A stretch of DNA of 64,000 bases, from the IMG/VR virus record IMGVR_UViG_3300035145_002419, positions 1-64,000 of that record; one strand, given 5' to 3'. Under the pieces are notes generated by a model. The model searched no databases. It worked only from the letters and a program-made list of their open reading frames with translations, and was not told where the DNA came from. The position numbers and the translations under genes are program-made. This DNA is from a virus. Below are positions 14,202 through 28,200 of this stretch, one piece after another; positions within the stretch are counted from its first letter, which is position 1; each line of letters opens with the position of its first letter.

Positions 14202-16279
14202 TGGCATTAGTAAATTTCGCAAATTTAGATTTCGATCAAATTAAAACTTCGATTAAGGATTATCTTAGATCGAATTCAAATTTTACTGATTATGATTTTG
14301 AGGGATCTAATCTTTCATCAATAATTGATGTTCTTGCTTACAATACCTATATTACCTCATATAATGCCAACATGGTATCTAATGAGGTATTCATTGATTC
14401 CGCCACGCTCAGGGAGAATGTGGTGTCTCTGGCGCGGAATATAGGATATGTTCCAAGATCTAAAAAATCTTCAAGAGCAACTGTATCTTTCTTTGTAGAT
14501 ACATCAACTTTTGCAAATAAACCAACACAAATCACATTAAAGTCTGGTGTTGTATGCACATCGCGTAATTTTAATAATGAAAATTATTCATTTACGATTC
14601 CTGCAGATATTACAGTATCAGTTGCAAATGATATTGCAGAATTTAATAATATTTCAGTTTTTGAAGGAACAAGAGTTAGAGAAAATTTCACAGTAAGTTC
14701 TCTTAATAGTAATCAAAGATATATTTTAGGAAATACAGGTATTGATACCAGTACACTTTCAGTTGTAGTAAGACCAACACAAAATTCTTCAGTAATAAGA
14801 AATTATCAGTTAGCTGATAGTTTATTTGATGTAAAATCCGATTCTGCAGTGTTCTTTATTCAAGAAACTGCAGATGAGAAGTATGAATTAATATTTGGTG
14901 ATGGAATATTTGGAAATAAACTACAAGAACCAAATTTTATTGAAGTAAGTTATAATGTTACTAATGGATCCATGGCAAACGGGATCTCTTCTCTGGTTTT
15001 CAATGGAACTTTAATAGATCAATCAAATAGAATAGTTACTTCTGGAATATCTCTTCTTTCGACGACAGAACCATCCAGTTTGGGTAGTGATATTGAAAGT
15101 GTTGAATCAATTAAGAAATACTCAACACAAATTTTTGCATCAAGAAATAGAGCAGTTACATCTGCAGATTATGAGGCACTTTTGCCAATCGTTTATCCAG
15201 AAACAGAATCAGTTTCTGCCTATGGTGGGGAAGAATTAACACCACCACAATTTGGAAAAGTTTTTATAAGTGTTAAACCATACAATGATAGATATCTTTC
15301 AAACCTAACTAAAGATAATATAAAAAGAGAACTTAAAAAATATTCTGTATCTGGAATTAGTCCTGAAATTGTTGATTTAAAATATCTTTATGTCGAAATA
15401 GATTCAAAAGTTTACTATAATTCAAATTTAACATCTTCTTCAGATGAAGTAAAAACTATTCTTTCATCTAATATTAATGCATATGCAAATTCTACAGAAT
15501 TAAATAAATTTGGAGCAAGATTTAAATATAGTAAATTTTTAAATTTAATCGATAACAGTAACACTGCAATTACTTCAAATATTACAAATATTGTAATGAG
15601 AAGAGATATGAAAGCATCATTAAACGCTTTCGCTGAATATGAAATATGTTTCGGTAATCGTTTCCATGTAAAAAATCATGGGCATGGTACTCATGGCGGA
15701 AAAATAGGTTATAATATTAAATCTTCAGCATTCTCTGTAAATGGTATTGGTGGATCAGTATACTTACAAGATGTTCCAAATTCTGGATTGGAAACTGGAA
15801 TTGTGAATCTTATTAAACTTGTATCGCCAACAGAAGTGAAAATCGTAAAAAGAAACGTTGGTACTATTGATTACATAAAGGGAGAAATAAAGTTATATCC
15901 AATTAATATTGTTTCTACTGCCCTCAATAAAGGTGTTCCTATAATTGAAATTTCTGCTTATCCATATTCAAATGATGTCATTGGATTGCAGGATCTTTAT
16001 TTGCAACTAGATACTAGTAACATGCAGATTGATATGTTAATTGATGGTATATCTTCTGGATCTGATATTTCTGGAAGTGGTTATTCAGTTTCTTCTAGTT
16101 ATTCTAATGGGTCTCTTGTTCGTGGTCCAATTGTAGTATCCAACAATAACCAGATTATTACTAGTGCTGCTAGAACTAGTAATACAACTACTTCTACTCC
16201 AGCTACTACTACCACTACATCTAGCACATCATATACATCAAGTTCTACTACTTCCACTTCTGGTGGTTCTTCCTACTAA
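14201..16279 (+). CDS. gp6: baseplate wedge subunit gp6
   Basis: LDFDQIK, FTDYDFEGS, SATLRENVVSLARNIGY, RAVTSADY. Confidence 0.93.
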   Translation: MALVNFANLDFDQIKTSIKDYLRSNSNFTDYDFEGSNLSSIIDVLAYNTYITSYNANMVSNEVFIDSATLRENVVSLARNIGYVPRSKKSSRATVSFFVDTSTFANKPTQITLKSGVVCTSRNFNNENYSFTIPADITVSVANDIAEFNNISVFEGTRVRENFTVSSLNSNQRYILGNTGIDTSTLSVVVRPTQNSSVIRNYQLADSLFDVKSDSAVFFIQETADEKYELIFGDGIFGNKLQEPNFIEVSYNVTNGSMANGISSLVFNGTLIDQSNRIVTSGISLLSTTEPSSLGSDIESVESIKKYSTQIFASRNRAVTSADYEALLPIVYPETESVSAYGGEELTPPQFGKVFISVKPYNDRYLSNLTKDNIKRELKKYSVSGISPEIVDLKYLYVEIDSKVYYNSNLTSSSDEVKTILSSNINAYANSTELNKFGARFKYSKFLNLIDNSNTAITSNITNIVMRRDMKASLNAFAEYEICFGNRFHVKNHGHGTHGGKIGYNIKSSAFSVNGIGGSVYLQDVPNSGLETGIVNLIKLVSPTEVKIVKRNVGTIDYIKGEIKLYPINIVSTALNKGVPIIEISAYPYSNDVIGLQDLYLQLDTSNMQIDMLIDGISSGSDISGSGYSVSSSYSNGSLVRGPIVVSNNNQIITSAARTSNTTTSTPATTTTTSSTSYTSSSTTSTSGGSSY

Positions 16280-16297
16280 GACAAAGATATTAAGAAT

Positions 16298-19200
16298 ATG
16301 TCAGAAACTAGAGTTAAAATCCAATCAGTTGTTCAGAATCAATTACCTGATTTTGTAGCAGAAGAATCACCACTTCTGGTTGAATTTTTAAAGCAATATT
16401 ATATTTCTCAGGAATATACATCTGGAAGTTCTGATATCATTCAGAACATTGATGAATACATAAAACTCGATAATAATTATAATACTGCAGATAGTACCAC
16501 TCTTTTATTTGACATAACCAGTTTTGATGAGACGATTACTGTTGTTGGTGGTAGTTTTACTGATGGATTCCCCGATAGGTATGGTATCATAAAAATTGAT
16601 GATGAGATAATAACATACACAAGTAAAACAAATAGAACCTTTGAGGGGTGTGTAAGGGGTTTCAGTGGCGTTGAATCCTATCATAAGGATAATCACCCCG
16701 AAGAACTTGTATTCGCGTCTACAGACGCTTCTAGTCACAAAGCAAATGCTAAGATTACTAATCTAAGTTCTTTATTTCTAAAAGAATTTTTGACAAAAAT
16801 TAAAAGACAATTTTTACCTGGTTTTTCTGATCGCAAATTATCTTCTGGATTAAACCAAAATCTTTTTATTAAACAGTCTAAAGATTTTTATACATCTAAA
16901 GGAACAGATAGATCTTTTAAAATTCTTTTCAGAGCACTTTATGGTGAGAATGTTGATATAGTAAAACCAAAAGATTATCTATTCAGACCATCTGATGCTG
17001 GATATAGAAAAACTAGAGACATAGTTGTTGAAGCAATTTCCGGAGATCCGATTAGTCTCTTGAATAATACTCTTTATCAGGATGAATATGAGGAGTACGG
17101 TGTAAAAACTTCTTATGCTTCTATTACTGATGTAGAAAAATTACAAATTAGAGGAAAAATATTTTATCAATTAAGCTTTGATAGTGATTTCAATAAAGAT
17201 ATTACACTTGATGGATCCATTTATGGAGAATTTGTAACACATCCCAAAACTAAAATTATCAATGAAGTTATTCTGGGATCATCTGTGATTGATGTTGATT
17301 CTACTGTTGGATTTCCAGAATCTGGTACATTAGTATATTTGGACTCTTCAGGTGATGAGGTCATTCTAACTTATGATGGAAAATCAGTAACTCAATTTTA
17401 CAATGTAAGTGGACTACAATCCAATATTTCACCAAAGACAGATGTTAGGTTAAATATTTTTGCTTATGGATTTTCAGGAAATAATGGAGACAAAGTTACA
17501 GTAAGAATTGGAAATGTTCTTGATGAAATTAAGATATTAAATGATACTTACTATTTTTCTAAAGATGATACTGCAAAAATAAAAACTTTAGGAATTTCAA
17601 GAAGAACAGTAAGGAATAGCAATTGGATTGATAATATTGCAAATAATTACTTATCAAAAAGTATAGTTGAGGTAGATTCTGCCAGTTTCATTTATGATTT
17701 AGAGTTGCATGTTAGACATACCTTTAAAGCAGGAGACAAATTTTTAGCAACAGATGATTCTGGTGGATCAACTATTTGTGAAGTTTTAGATATTAAAGAT
17801 AGTAAAACAATTGTCATACAGTCTGTAAGTCCTCTTGATTTAGATTCAATCTTAGAGATATCCAGATTTATTCGTAAGGTAAATTCTTCAATATATCCCA
17901 CTCTAAATGAAAATACTGCAGATGTACAAAATACATATACAAATTATAATGATGATGTTTTAGTTGCATCAAATTCATTACCATTTTATAGAGATCAAGT
18001 TTTAGATCCTTATGATAAAAAAATTAATATCTCGGGAAATTTTAATGGTGAATTATTTACGGTAACATCAAATACTGATCATGGATTCTACACAGGCGAT
18101 AGAATTTACTATTCTCCATTTAGAGAATCAATTCTTGATATTAACACTGATGAAGAAAATGTTTTCACACAATCTGTAAGTAAATTTGATACTTTGGATG
18201 AAGGTCTTTATTATGTTTCTAGAGTTGATTCGACAAGTTTTAAATTAGCAAAAAGTCCATCTAATATTGTAAACAATAAATTTGCTTCTGTATCTGGAAT
18301 AGTAACTTCTAATACTTTTTCATATTATGATTTTCAAGGAAAAACTTTACAACCACAAAATATTTTTAGAGAAATAAAGAAACCCGTTGATAAAAGCGAA
18401 ACTTATGAAACAAATCCAGGAAAGGTTGGAATTCTTGTAAATGGTGTAGAAGTTTTAAACCATAAGTCATCTGAAAATATATTTTATGGACAAATTGATA
18501 ATATTGACGTAACAGCTTCTGGAACAGGATATGATGTAATTAATCCGCCAAGTCTTAGTATAGAAGATTCTTTGGGTATAGGAGCAACCGGCATTTGTGC
18601 TGTTACTGGTTCTTTAGAAAGAATAGAAATAATTGATCCGGGATTTGACTATGTAAATACCCCTATAATCAATATTACTGGCGGAAACGGCAACAATGCA
18701 GTAGCAGAAGTGAATATGATTGATGTTGATCATATTTCTCCTTTTGTAACCGATGATGCATCAAAATTAAATATTTTTACAAATACAATCGGATTTAGTA
18801 CTTTCCACAAGTTTAGAGATAATGAGCAAGTAATCTATTTGTCTGATGGTCAAACTGGTGTTGCTGGACTGACAACTGATGCAAAATATTATGTTTCTGT
18901 TATTGATGCTCTTAATATAAAACTTCACAAAACAGAAGGTGATTCTATTTCAGGAATTAATACAATTACTATAACAGATTATGGTGTAGGAATTCATAGA
19001 TTTAAATCTGTCGAAAAGAAGAGTATTATTTCCAATATTATTGTAAGTAATTCTGGCGAAGGATATACAAACAAACAAAGAACAACAACAGTATCTGGAA
19101 TCAATACTGCGGCAGATACTGTCAATATTAATTCACATGGTTATTCAACAGGTGATGAAGTTAAATATTCTTCTTCAGGATTGTCAGTTGATGGTCTTAC

Positions 19201-22200
19201 TTCTGACGAAAGTTATGTAATTAAAAAGATTGATAATGATTCTTTTAAGATTGCTCAAGTTGGTGTAGGAACCATTGGCAAATCCTTTTATCTAGATTCA
19301 GACCAATACATTAATTTAAAATCTGTCGGATCTGGTGTACATTCATTTAACTATCCCCCTATTGATGTTAAAGTTATTGGAAATATTGGTATTTCTACTT
19401 TATCAGGACAAGATTTTTCAGCAAAAATTCAACCAATTTTCAGAGGGTCTATTGATTCAGTCCACTTGACTGCAAATGGATCTGAGTATGGTTCAGAAGA
19501 AGTAATTAATTACAATAGACAACCTAATTTTGCCCTGAGAAGTGGAAAAAATGCTCAATTATTGGTCATTGTTAATACTCAGGGACAAATTCAGGAAGTT
19601 TTGATTGTAAGAGGTGGTTCTGGATATAATTCACCACCAAATCTTGTTATAAACGGTAAAGGAAAATACGCTCAATTAGTTCCTATAATTGAAAATGGGG
19701 AAATTGTTAAGGTCATAGTCAAAAATGGTGGAGTTGGATATACTTCTGGAACCACAGTAGATGTTATTGCATCTGGTCAAGGTGCTAGGATGTTTGCAGA
19801 CATTCAAAAGTGGACAGTTAATTTATTCCAAAAGTATTTCAATACTATTAAACCAGATGATGGTGTCATATCTTTATCTGATAGAAATGATGGTGGGTTA
19901 CAGTATTGTCATTTGTTTGCACCAAGAAAGTTAAGACAATCTTTAACAGCAAAATCTGCAGATAGCACTAATGATGTTCCTGATTTAGTTTTAAAATCTA
20001 TAGATGACTCAAATCTATTTGGAGTTGGGGATTTAAAACTTGCCAATAGTGAAGAAGTTCCTTCATCTGACCACTCTCCAATTATTGGATGGGCATATGA
20101 TGGCAATCCAATTTATGGTCCATATGGATACACTACACCGAAAGGTGGAACTGCTAGATCTATGCAATCTGGATATGAACCTGTTTCTAAACCAAATAGA
20201 CCCAATTTAACTAATTTTCCACAAGGATTTTTTATTGAAGATTATGAATTTAAAGGATCTGGAGATCTTGATAAGCATAATGGAAGGTTTTGTGTAACAC
20301 CAGACTATCCAAATGGGGTATATGCTTACTTTGCAACGATTAGTTCTGGATTAGTTGATACTGATGGTCCTTTCAGAGGATTTAAAAGACCTGTATTTCC
20401 ATATCTTATTGGAAATAGTTTTAAATCTGAACCAAATAGTTTTAACTTCAAGTCTAGTTCAAATCAGAAAGATTACAAGTTAGATAAATTTGAATGGCTT
20501 AGAAATACTTCAAATTATGAGTTAAAAGGTTCTAATAGTTCTTATGAATATGTTTATAACCCAACAGAATTTGAAGATCAAACAGTAAATATTGATAATA
20601 TTAGAACAGGTGGTGTTGACTCTATTGGAATACTTACTGGTGGTAATAATTATAGACCTTTGGATTCAATTATATTTGATAATGGTGGATCTGGTGGTGA
20701 AAATGCATTTGCAAGAGTATCAAGAGTATTTGGAAAATCAGTAAACACTATTAGTGTTGGAACAACTTCATTTGTAAATGTTGAGTTTGCAAACATTAAT
20801 AATTCAGGTAAAGTAATTGGATTTACAACACTTCCACATAAATTTAATAATTTTGATATTGCTAATATTTCAGGATTAAATACATCATTCTCCAAAATAG
20901 AAGGATCATATAACCTTGGAATACGAACTGATAATTTTATCACCACTTTAGGAATTAATTCAGTTTCTGTAACCGGTTTAACGACATATTTTTATATTTC
21001 CGGTTCATTAGAATTTCCAAATATCAAAGAAAATGATATTTTAGGAATCGGAACTCAGGAAAAAATTAAAGTATTGAATATTGATAAGAAATCTAAAAGA
21101 ATCCGTGTTTTAAGACAATATAATTCAACTGTTGGATTAGCATATTCGGCATCGACGGTTTTATATGAAGATCCAAGAAAATTTGTAGTAAATACTGGAT
21201 TTAAAACAGATTATTCTTTCCAGTTAAACAGAGAATTATATTTTGATCCAACAGAGGCGGTTGGTGTTGGAACTGGAACTGGAGTGGGTATTGGTACGAC
21301 AATTTCTTTCTCGTTACCAGGAATTGGAGCAACACAAGTATTTGTTCCCGCTCAATCGATCTATATCCCCGAGCACAATGTTAGAACTGGTGACAAAATT
21401 AAATATTCTACTCATGGTGGATCTGAAATAACAGTATCTAACGGAAATATAAATTTTGCTCTCCCACAGACACAAAATTTATATGCAACTGCATTGGACA
21501 ATAATCATATTGGAATCTCAACAGTCAAAGTTGGTCTAGGAACTAATGGAGAATATGTTGGTATTGGAACTGGAAATGCTGCAGGACTTCTTTTCTTTAG
21601 AGATTTTGGATCTGGAAATAATCATAGTTTTACAACCTTAAATTCTTCTATTGTCGGAGAACTTTCTAAAAATGTTGTAACTGTATCAACATCTTCTACA
21701 CATGGACTAAGAAGTGGCAATAATATTAGATTGACAAATATTCCAACAGATGAGCAAGAAGTTATTGTAAAATATAATGATTCAAATAGAAGATGCACTT
21801 TTGGTGAGATAACTTTCACTGCTTCCGATGTAAATCTTTTTGAAGACTCTATTTTCATAGAAAATCATGGTTTAGTTAAGGGTGAAAAAGTCATTTATGC
21901 ATCTGCCACTCCAGTTGGTGGTTTAATCAGTGATGAAATGTACTATGTTGATGTATATACAAAAGATAAAATTAAACTTTGTGCAACAAAAATTGATTTA
22001 TATTTAAGTATTCCAAATCATGTGAATATGACTTCTGCTTCTGGTGGAACTTTATCATTAGTTAATCCACATTTAAAAGTTTACAAAAATAAAACAATTA
22101 AGTTTAATTTATCAGATTCTTCATTATCTTCATCTAGTGGAAATACTAATTATCCCGCATTTGAACTTAATTTTTATAGAGATATTAATTATCTACACAA

Positions 22201-25200
22201 GTTTGATGGAACTGGGAAAACAAGATTTTTTGAAGTTATAAAATCTGATGGAAAAGTTGGTGTAGATACATCTGCAAGTACAACTTTACAGATTAATAAT
22301 GATTTTGATAACACTTTGTTCTATAAATTGGATAATATTAATGAAGATCTTATTTCTTCAGTGAAGAAGGAAATACTAATTGATACTGATGTTCATTCTG
22401 CAAATAAAATAACATTAATCGATAGTCGGTATAGTGGAAATCATAGAATAACTGGAATTGGTTCAACCACATTTACTTTTGATCTTTCCGATTATCCGGA
22501 AAAAGATTCCTACAATAAATTAAATTCAAATATCTTTTATGATACTAAATCTTTATCATCTTTTGGTTCAATATCTTCTGTTGAAATTGTAAGCAAAGGA
22601 AGTAAGTATGAAGTCATACCTGGTATTTCAACAATTAAATCTGATTACGGATCAGGTGCAATATTACAAGCTGAAAGTAAATCAATCGGTAGAATTGCTA
22701 AGAAAACTCTTAGTAATATTGGATTTGATTATCCATCAGATCCAACAATGTCACCGACACTTAATTTGCCTGAAATAATTAAGGTTGAGTCATTAACTTC
22801 TTTTAATTCTATTGGAATTACTTCTTCTGGAAAGAATTACTTAGTTGCACCAGATCTTATTGTGATCGATGGATTTACTGGAAAAGTTATTACTGATCTT
22901 GATCTTAAGTATGAACTTGGAAGCACTGAAGTTGATATTAGGAAGAATACTTTTGGAATGTATAATGTAGAACCAGCAATATATCCTATTAATAATACTA
23001 ATGGTGTTGGTATAAGTTCAATAACCACAGATTATACAACTAAGGATGTAGTCATAGGAATAGCTACGGTATTCAGTGACAATTTCCCCTTTAGAGTTGG
23101 AGATGATATTTTAATCGAAAATACTAGTGTAGGTCCAAACAGCACTGGTAGGGGTTACAATTCCTCTGATTATGATTATAATTTATTCAAAGTAACGGCG
23201 ATTAATCCTGCTTTTGGTAGTAATGTTGCTACTATAACTTTTAATTTGAAAGAATACTTCGGTGCAACTGAGATGCCTGGAGTTTTTGATGCAGCAGCTT
23301 CTTCTGGAAGAGTTATCAGAAAAGGCGATTTTCCACTGTTTACATCAAAACTTAAAAAGAATAATTTTATTGAAGGAGAAAACGTATTTACTGAATCTGG
23401 CTCAGGTAAAGTTGAGAAATGGAATAGTAAAACAGAATACATTAAAATTTCTACTGACAAAGACCTAGCAGTAGGTGAAACTATAATAGGACAAACTTCA
23501 GGCACAAGAGCTGTAGTATCTAAAAAAATTGATTTTGATTCTTACATCAAAGTAAGTCCTAGTACGAAAGTCAATAAAGGTTGGATCTATGACGCTGGAA
23601 TGTTAAATGATAGTGTGCAGAGAATATCTGATAATGATTATTATCAACAGTTCTCATATGCACTAAAATCAAGAGTTCCTATTCAAACATGGGATGATCC
23701 AGTACAATCACTTAATCATACAACAGGTTTCTTAAAATTCTCAGATCTATTAATAGAATCAAAAGAAGATGGGCAAGGAACTGCAATAATCAATCCAAAT
23801 GATGCATCAATTGATGTAACTGTAGATCTTGTTGGAACTGGCAATTTAAATTGTGTACATACTTTTGATTTAGCATCGGAAAATTCTGTACAAATCGCAA
23901 ATGGTACATTTTCCAATGAAATCAAGTTTGACAATAGAGTTCTTACTGATTATTTTGAGTCTGTAGGAAATAGAGTTCTTACTATTGACGATTTTAGTGA
24001 TTTATTCAGTCATGTACCAAGAGCGACCAAATACAGTATTGTAGAAGAGTTTTTGTTATCTACTGCAAGAGTTAAAAAATATTTCACCTTTATACGGGAT
24101 AAGAGATTTACTGGTGAAAGACAGATGATGGCAGTATCACTTCTTCATGATAATGATTATGGTTTTTTAAATCAATATGGAAGAGTAGAATCTGCTATTG
24201 ATCTTGGTTCTTTTGATTTCTCTATTTTTGAATCTCTGGGTCAGTTAAGATTCTATCCAAATAAGTTTACTGTTAATGATTATGATATTTCTACAGTATC
24301 TTTTAATATTGCAGATAATATTGGTATCACTACGAATGTTTCTTTGGGTGACATTGTAAAAATTGAGTCTGATCGAGGAATAATACCTCAAGGAGGAACA
24401 GGACCAACAAATGTTGTCAGTATTGCATCTACTTATCGTGCATCTAAGGTTCTTGTTCAAATAGGCGGAACAGATGGTTCATATTATGAGTTTGATGAAA
24501 TTAATTTGCTTCATGACGGAACAAATGTTGATATTATTGAATATGGTCAATTAACGGATAACTCAATTTTTAGTGCATTTGGTATAGCTGGTCTCGGTAC
24601 ATACATTCCACGTATCGTTGGAAATAATGTGATGATTGATTATCAACTTAATTCGCCAATAAATGCAGATTTAGAGATTAATGCTATAGCAGTCTCTATT
24701 GCAAGCACTCAATCTGTTGGTGTTGGAACTGATGTATTAACAACTGCAGAAGTGAAATCTGGATATGTTTCTATCGCATCTTCATCTTCTCCAGTCGAAA
24801 CAGTTGTATCAGAATATCTAAGCAATCACTCTTCAGCATATTATGTTGTTAGCGTTGAAGATACTACTAATAATGATTATGAAATGTTTGAGGTAGTAGT
24901 TGTAGATGATGGATCAACAGCATATTTTACTGAATTTGCAAATATAAGCACTAATGGTACTTTGGGTCAAATTGGTGCAAAAGTAACCGGAAATGCTACA
25001 CAGTTAACTTATACTGCAAATCCAAATATTGATGTTGAAGTAAGAGTTTTCCAAAATGCATTAGGTCTTGTCAAAACTGGTGTTACTAAGGAAACAATTG
25101 ATGTTTCAAACGCAACTATAACAACACCCGGTGAGAATGGTTTATATGAAGGAACTTCTAAGTCAGTTAGAAAACAATTTGATCTCACCCACAATCAAGA

Positions 25201-28200
25201 TCCTATTTTCTTAAGATATTTTGCAGGAGATTCTACCAGTACAATTAATATTGATGACAATAGTATTTTCCTTCCAAATCATTTCTTCACAAGTGGCGAA
25301 GAGTTAGTTTATACTCATGCTGGTGCTGGGACAACAATGGCGATTGGAATTGGTTCAACATCAATTCCTGGCATTGGAAATACTGATAAACTCCCAACAA
25401 CAGTTTTTGTTCACAAAGTAAATGAGAGTAAAATTAAACTGTCACCAACTGCAGAAGATGCTTTAAAACGAAGACCAAATACATTAGAATTTACTTCTGT
25501 TGGTATTGGAACTTCCCATAGATTCCTTGCTAGAAATCAAAATTCTAAAGTATTATTAGCAATTGACAATTACATTCAATCGCCAATTGTTGCAACTTCC
25601 GTAACTACTTCACTATCTAAAAATATTTCAAGTGGAGACACTAGAATTGAATTTACTGGGATTACCTCTTTCTTTGGGGGTGATTTAATTCAAGTTAATA
25701 ATGAAATAATGAAGATCAGTGTTGTTGGTTTTGGCAGCACTAATTCTATTCTTGTTCAAAGACCTTGGATGGGAACTGGATTGACAACTCATTCCTCAGG
25801 AGACGTTGTTACTCGTATCGAAGGTAATTATAACATTGTAGATAGTACAGTACACTTTGTTGATGCACCTTATGGAAAGGATCCTGTCAGTTCTGATTCT
25901 AACCCACCATTAGAAAGAGATTGGGTTGGAATTACTACAAATTCTAAATTCCAAGGAAGAACTTTCTTAAGAAGTGGTGTTCAAGGGTCCAGTAATGAAA
26001 CTTATGAAGACAATTATATCTTTGATGATATTTCTGGTGAATTTGATGGTGTCCAAAAGAATTTTAGAATCACTGCAGAAAAACAAGATGTAGCAGGATT
26101 TTCTACAGACTTTGGTATTGTTCTTATAAATGGAATTTTCCAAGGTCCACCATCACAAGATGAAAAAGAACAAGATTATACTTTTATTGATAATGCAGGA
26201 ATATCTAGCATATCATTTACAGGAACTGCTACATCAGTAACATATGATGTTAACAATGCAAATATTCCTGTAGGTGGTGTAATTGTTTCTGTTGCATCAA
26301 CTCAAGGATTTGGTTTCCAACCGTTAGTTTCTGCTGGCGGAACAGCGGTAGTTTCTGCTGCTGGTACAATTAGTGCAATAGGTATTGGTAATAGTGGTTC
26401 TGGGTATAGAGCAGGAATTCAAACAGTTTCTGTTGGTATACAAATACCAGATCCTATTGGCACAACTATTATTCCAGTTGGTATAGCTTCAATAGTGGAT
26501 GGTAATGTAAATTCTGTTGCGATTACCACAGATAGAGTTTTCTATGCACCAAAAGACGTATCAAATGTAACTTATAACAATACAACTGGTGTTACTACTA
26601 TTACAACTTCTTCTAATCATGATTTACTTGCTGGAGATGAAGTTATTGTATCGGGAATTGCATTCACTTGTAATTATAGTGGAACTGAAGCAGTAAATGT
26701 TTCTAATGCAATTTATGACAATGTGTCTGGGATAATGACAGTTACCACTGCATCCGCACATAATCTTTCAACTACAGGAAAAAATAGTGATGTTATTTTG
26801 ACTGGTCTAGGATTTACTTGCAATTTAGATAGCGGTGGATCTACTCATGTATACCCAAGAGTTACAGATCCTGCTTACTGTGGTTCCGAAGTTCTTAATG
26901 TTATTAGTTCTACAAAATTTGTAATCAATGCTGGTGTTTCAACTGTTCCAACTTTCTATCAATCGGGAGGAACAGCACAACCTGCTATTCTTGCACCAAG
27001 ATCAAAAAATAATTCTGCAAGTGGAAATGATCCAGCAGTAGATGGTACTGTAGTCATAAGAGTTATCGATGATACTTCATTTGAAATTAATAGCGGAATA
27101 TCTACAAGAGAGCATTTCTATGCAAGATGTGGTAAGATTAACAAACCACTGGATGTTGTGTTTGATGATCCTATTTCTTATACTAATATTCCACTAGTAT
27201 ACAGTTCTTCTTCCGTTCAAGGTGTAGGAAGAAATTCAACTGTGGATATTGTTGTTGGTCAAGGATCTAGTGTAGTAGATTTCAGTATTAAAAATACTGG
27301 GTATGCTTATGGTGTCGGTGAGATACTAACTGTTGATATTGGTGGTGCAACAGGAATACCTACTGATACAACAAAGTCATATTCAGAATTCCAATTAACA
27401 GTAGATAAAGTTTATAAAGACAATTTCTCTGGTTGGGTCATTGGAAAATTAGATCATCTGGATGATTTTAGTGAACAATTTGATGGTGTAACCAGGTCTT
27501 TCCCACTTAAATTAAATGATCAATTTGTAAGTATTAGGGCAGCAAAAGGTTCTCTTATTGATGTTCAGGCAACTTTGATTGTATTCATTAATGATATTTT
27601 ACAAGTTCCTGGAGAATCTTATACCTTTGAAGGCGGCAGTATTTTAACATTCTCAGAAGCACCTGATGCTGGTGATAGTGTTAAAGTATTGTTCTATAAA
27701 GGAACTGGTGATGTTGATGTTGCTTTCAGAGATATTTTAGAAACTGTTAAGGTCGGTGATACATTACAACTTAAAAATGAACCCAAACTGGGACAAAATA
27801 TTGGATTGAGAGAAGATGCTAGAGTTGTAACTGGAATTAATACAACAGATTCGGTCAATACTAATTTGTATAATGGACCAGGTATTACTAACAATGATAT
27901 TTTATTAAGACCTGTTGAATGGTGTAGGCAGACATCTGATAGAATTATTGATGGTGAAGTTGTAGGTAAGTCTAGAATTAAATATGAACCACTTATCAAT
28001 CCATCCGCATATGCAATTAGTTCCGTTGGAATTGGTTCAACTACTGTTTATCTTGACAATGTAAAACCATTCTTTAATCCACAAAATGAAAGTGATTTAA
28101 GATCTTTCCAAAATAAAGTTACATTTACTTCTCATGATAAAGTTAAAATAGCCGTTGTAGACGCTACAGTTTCCGCAGCAGGAACGATAACTGCGATTAC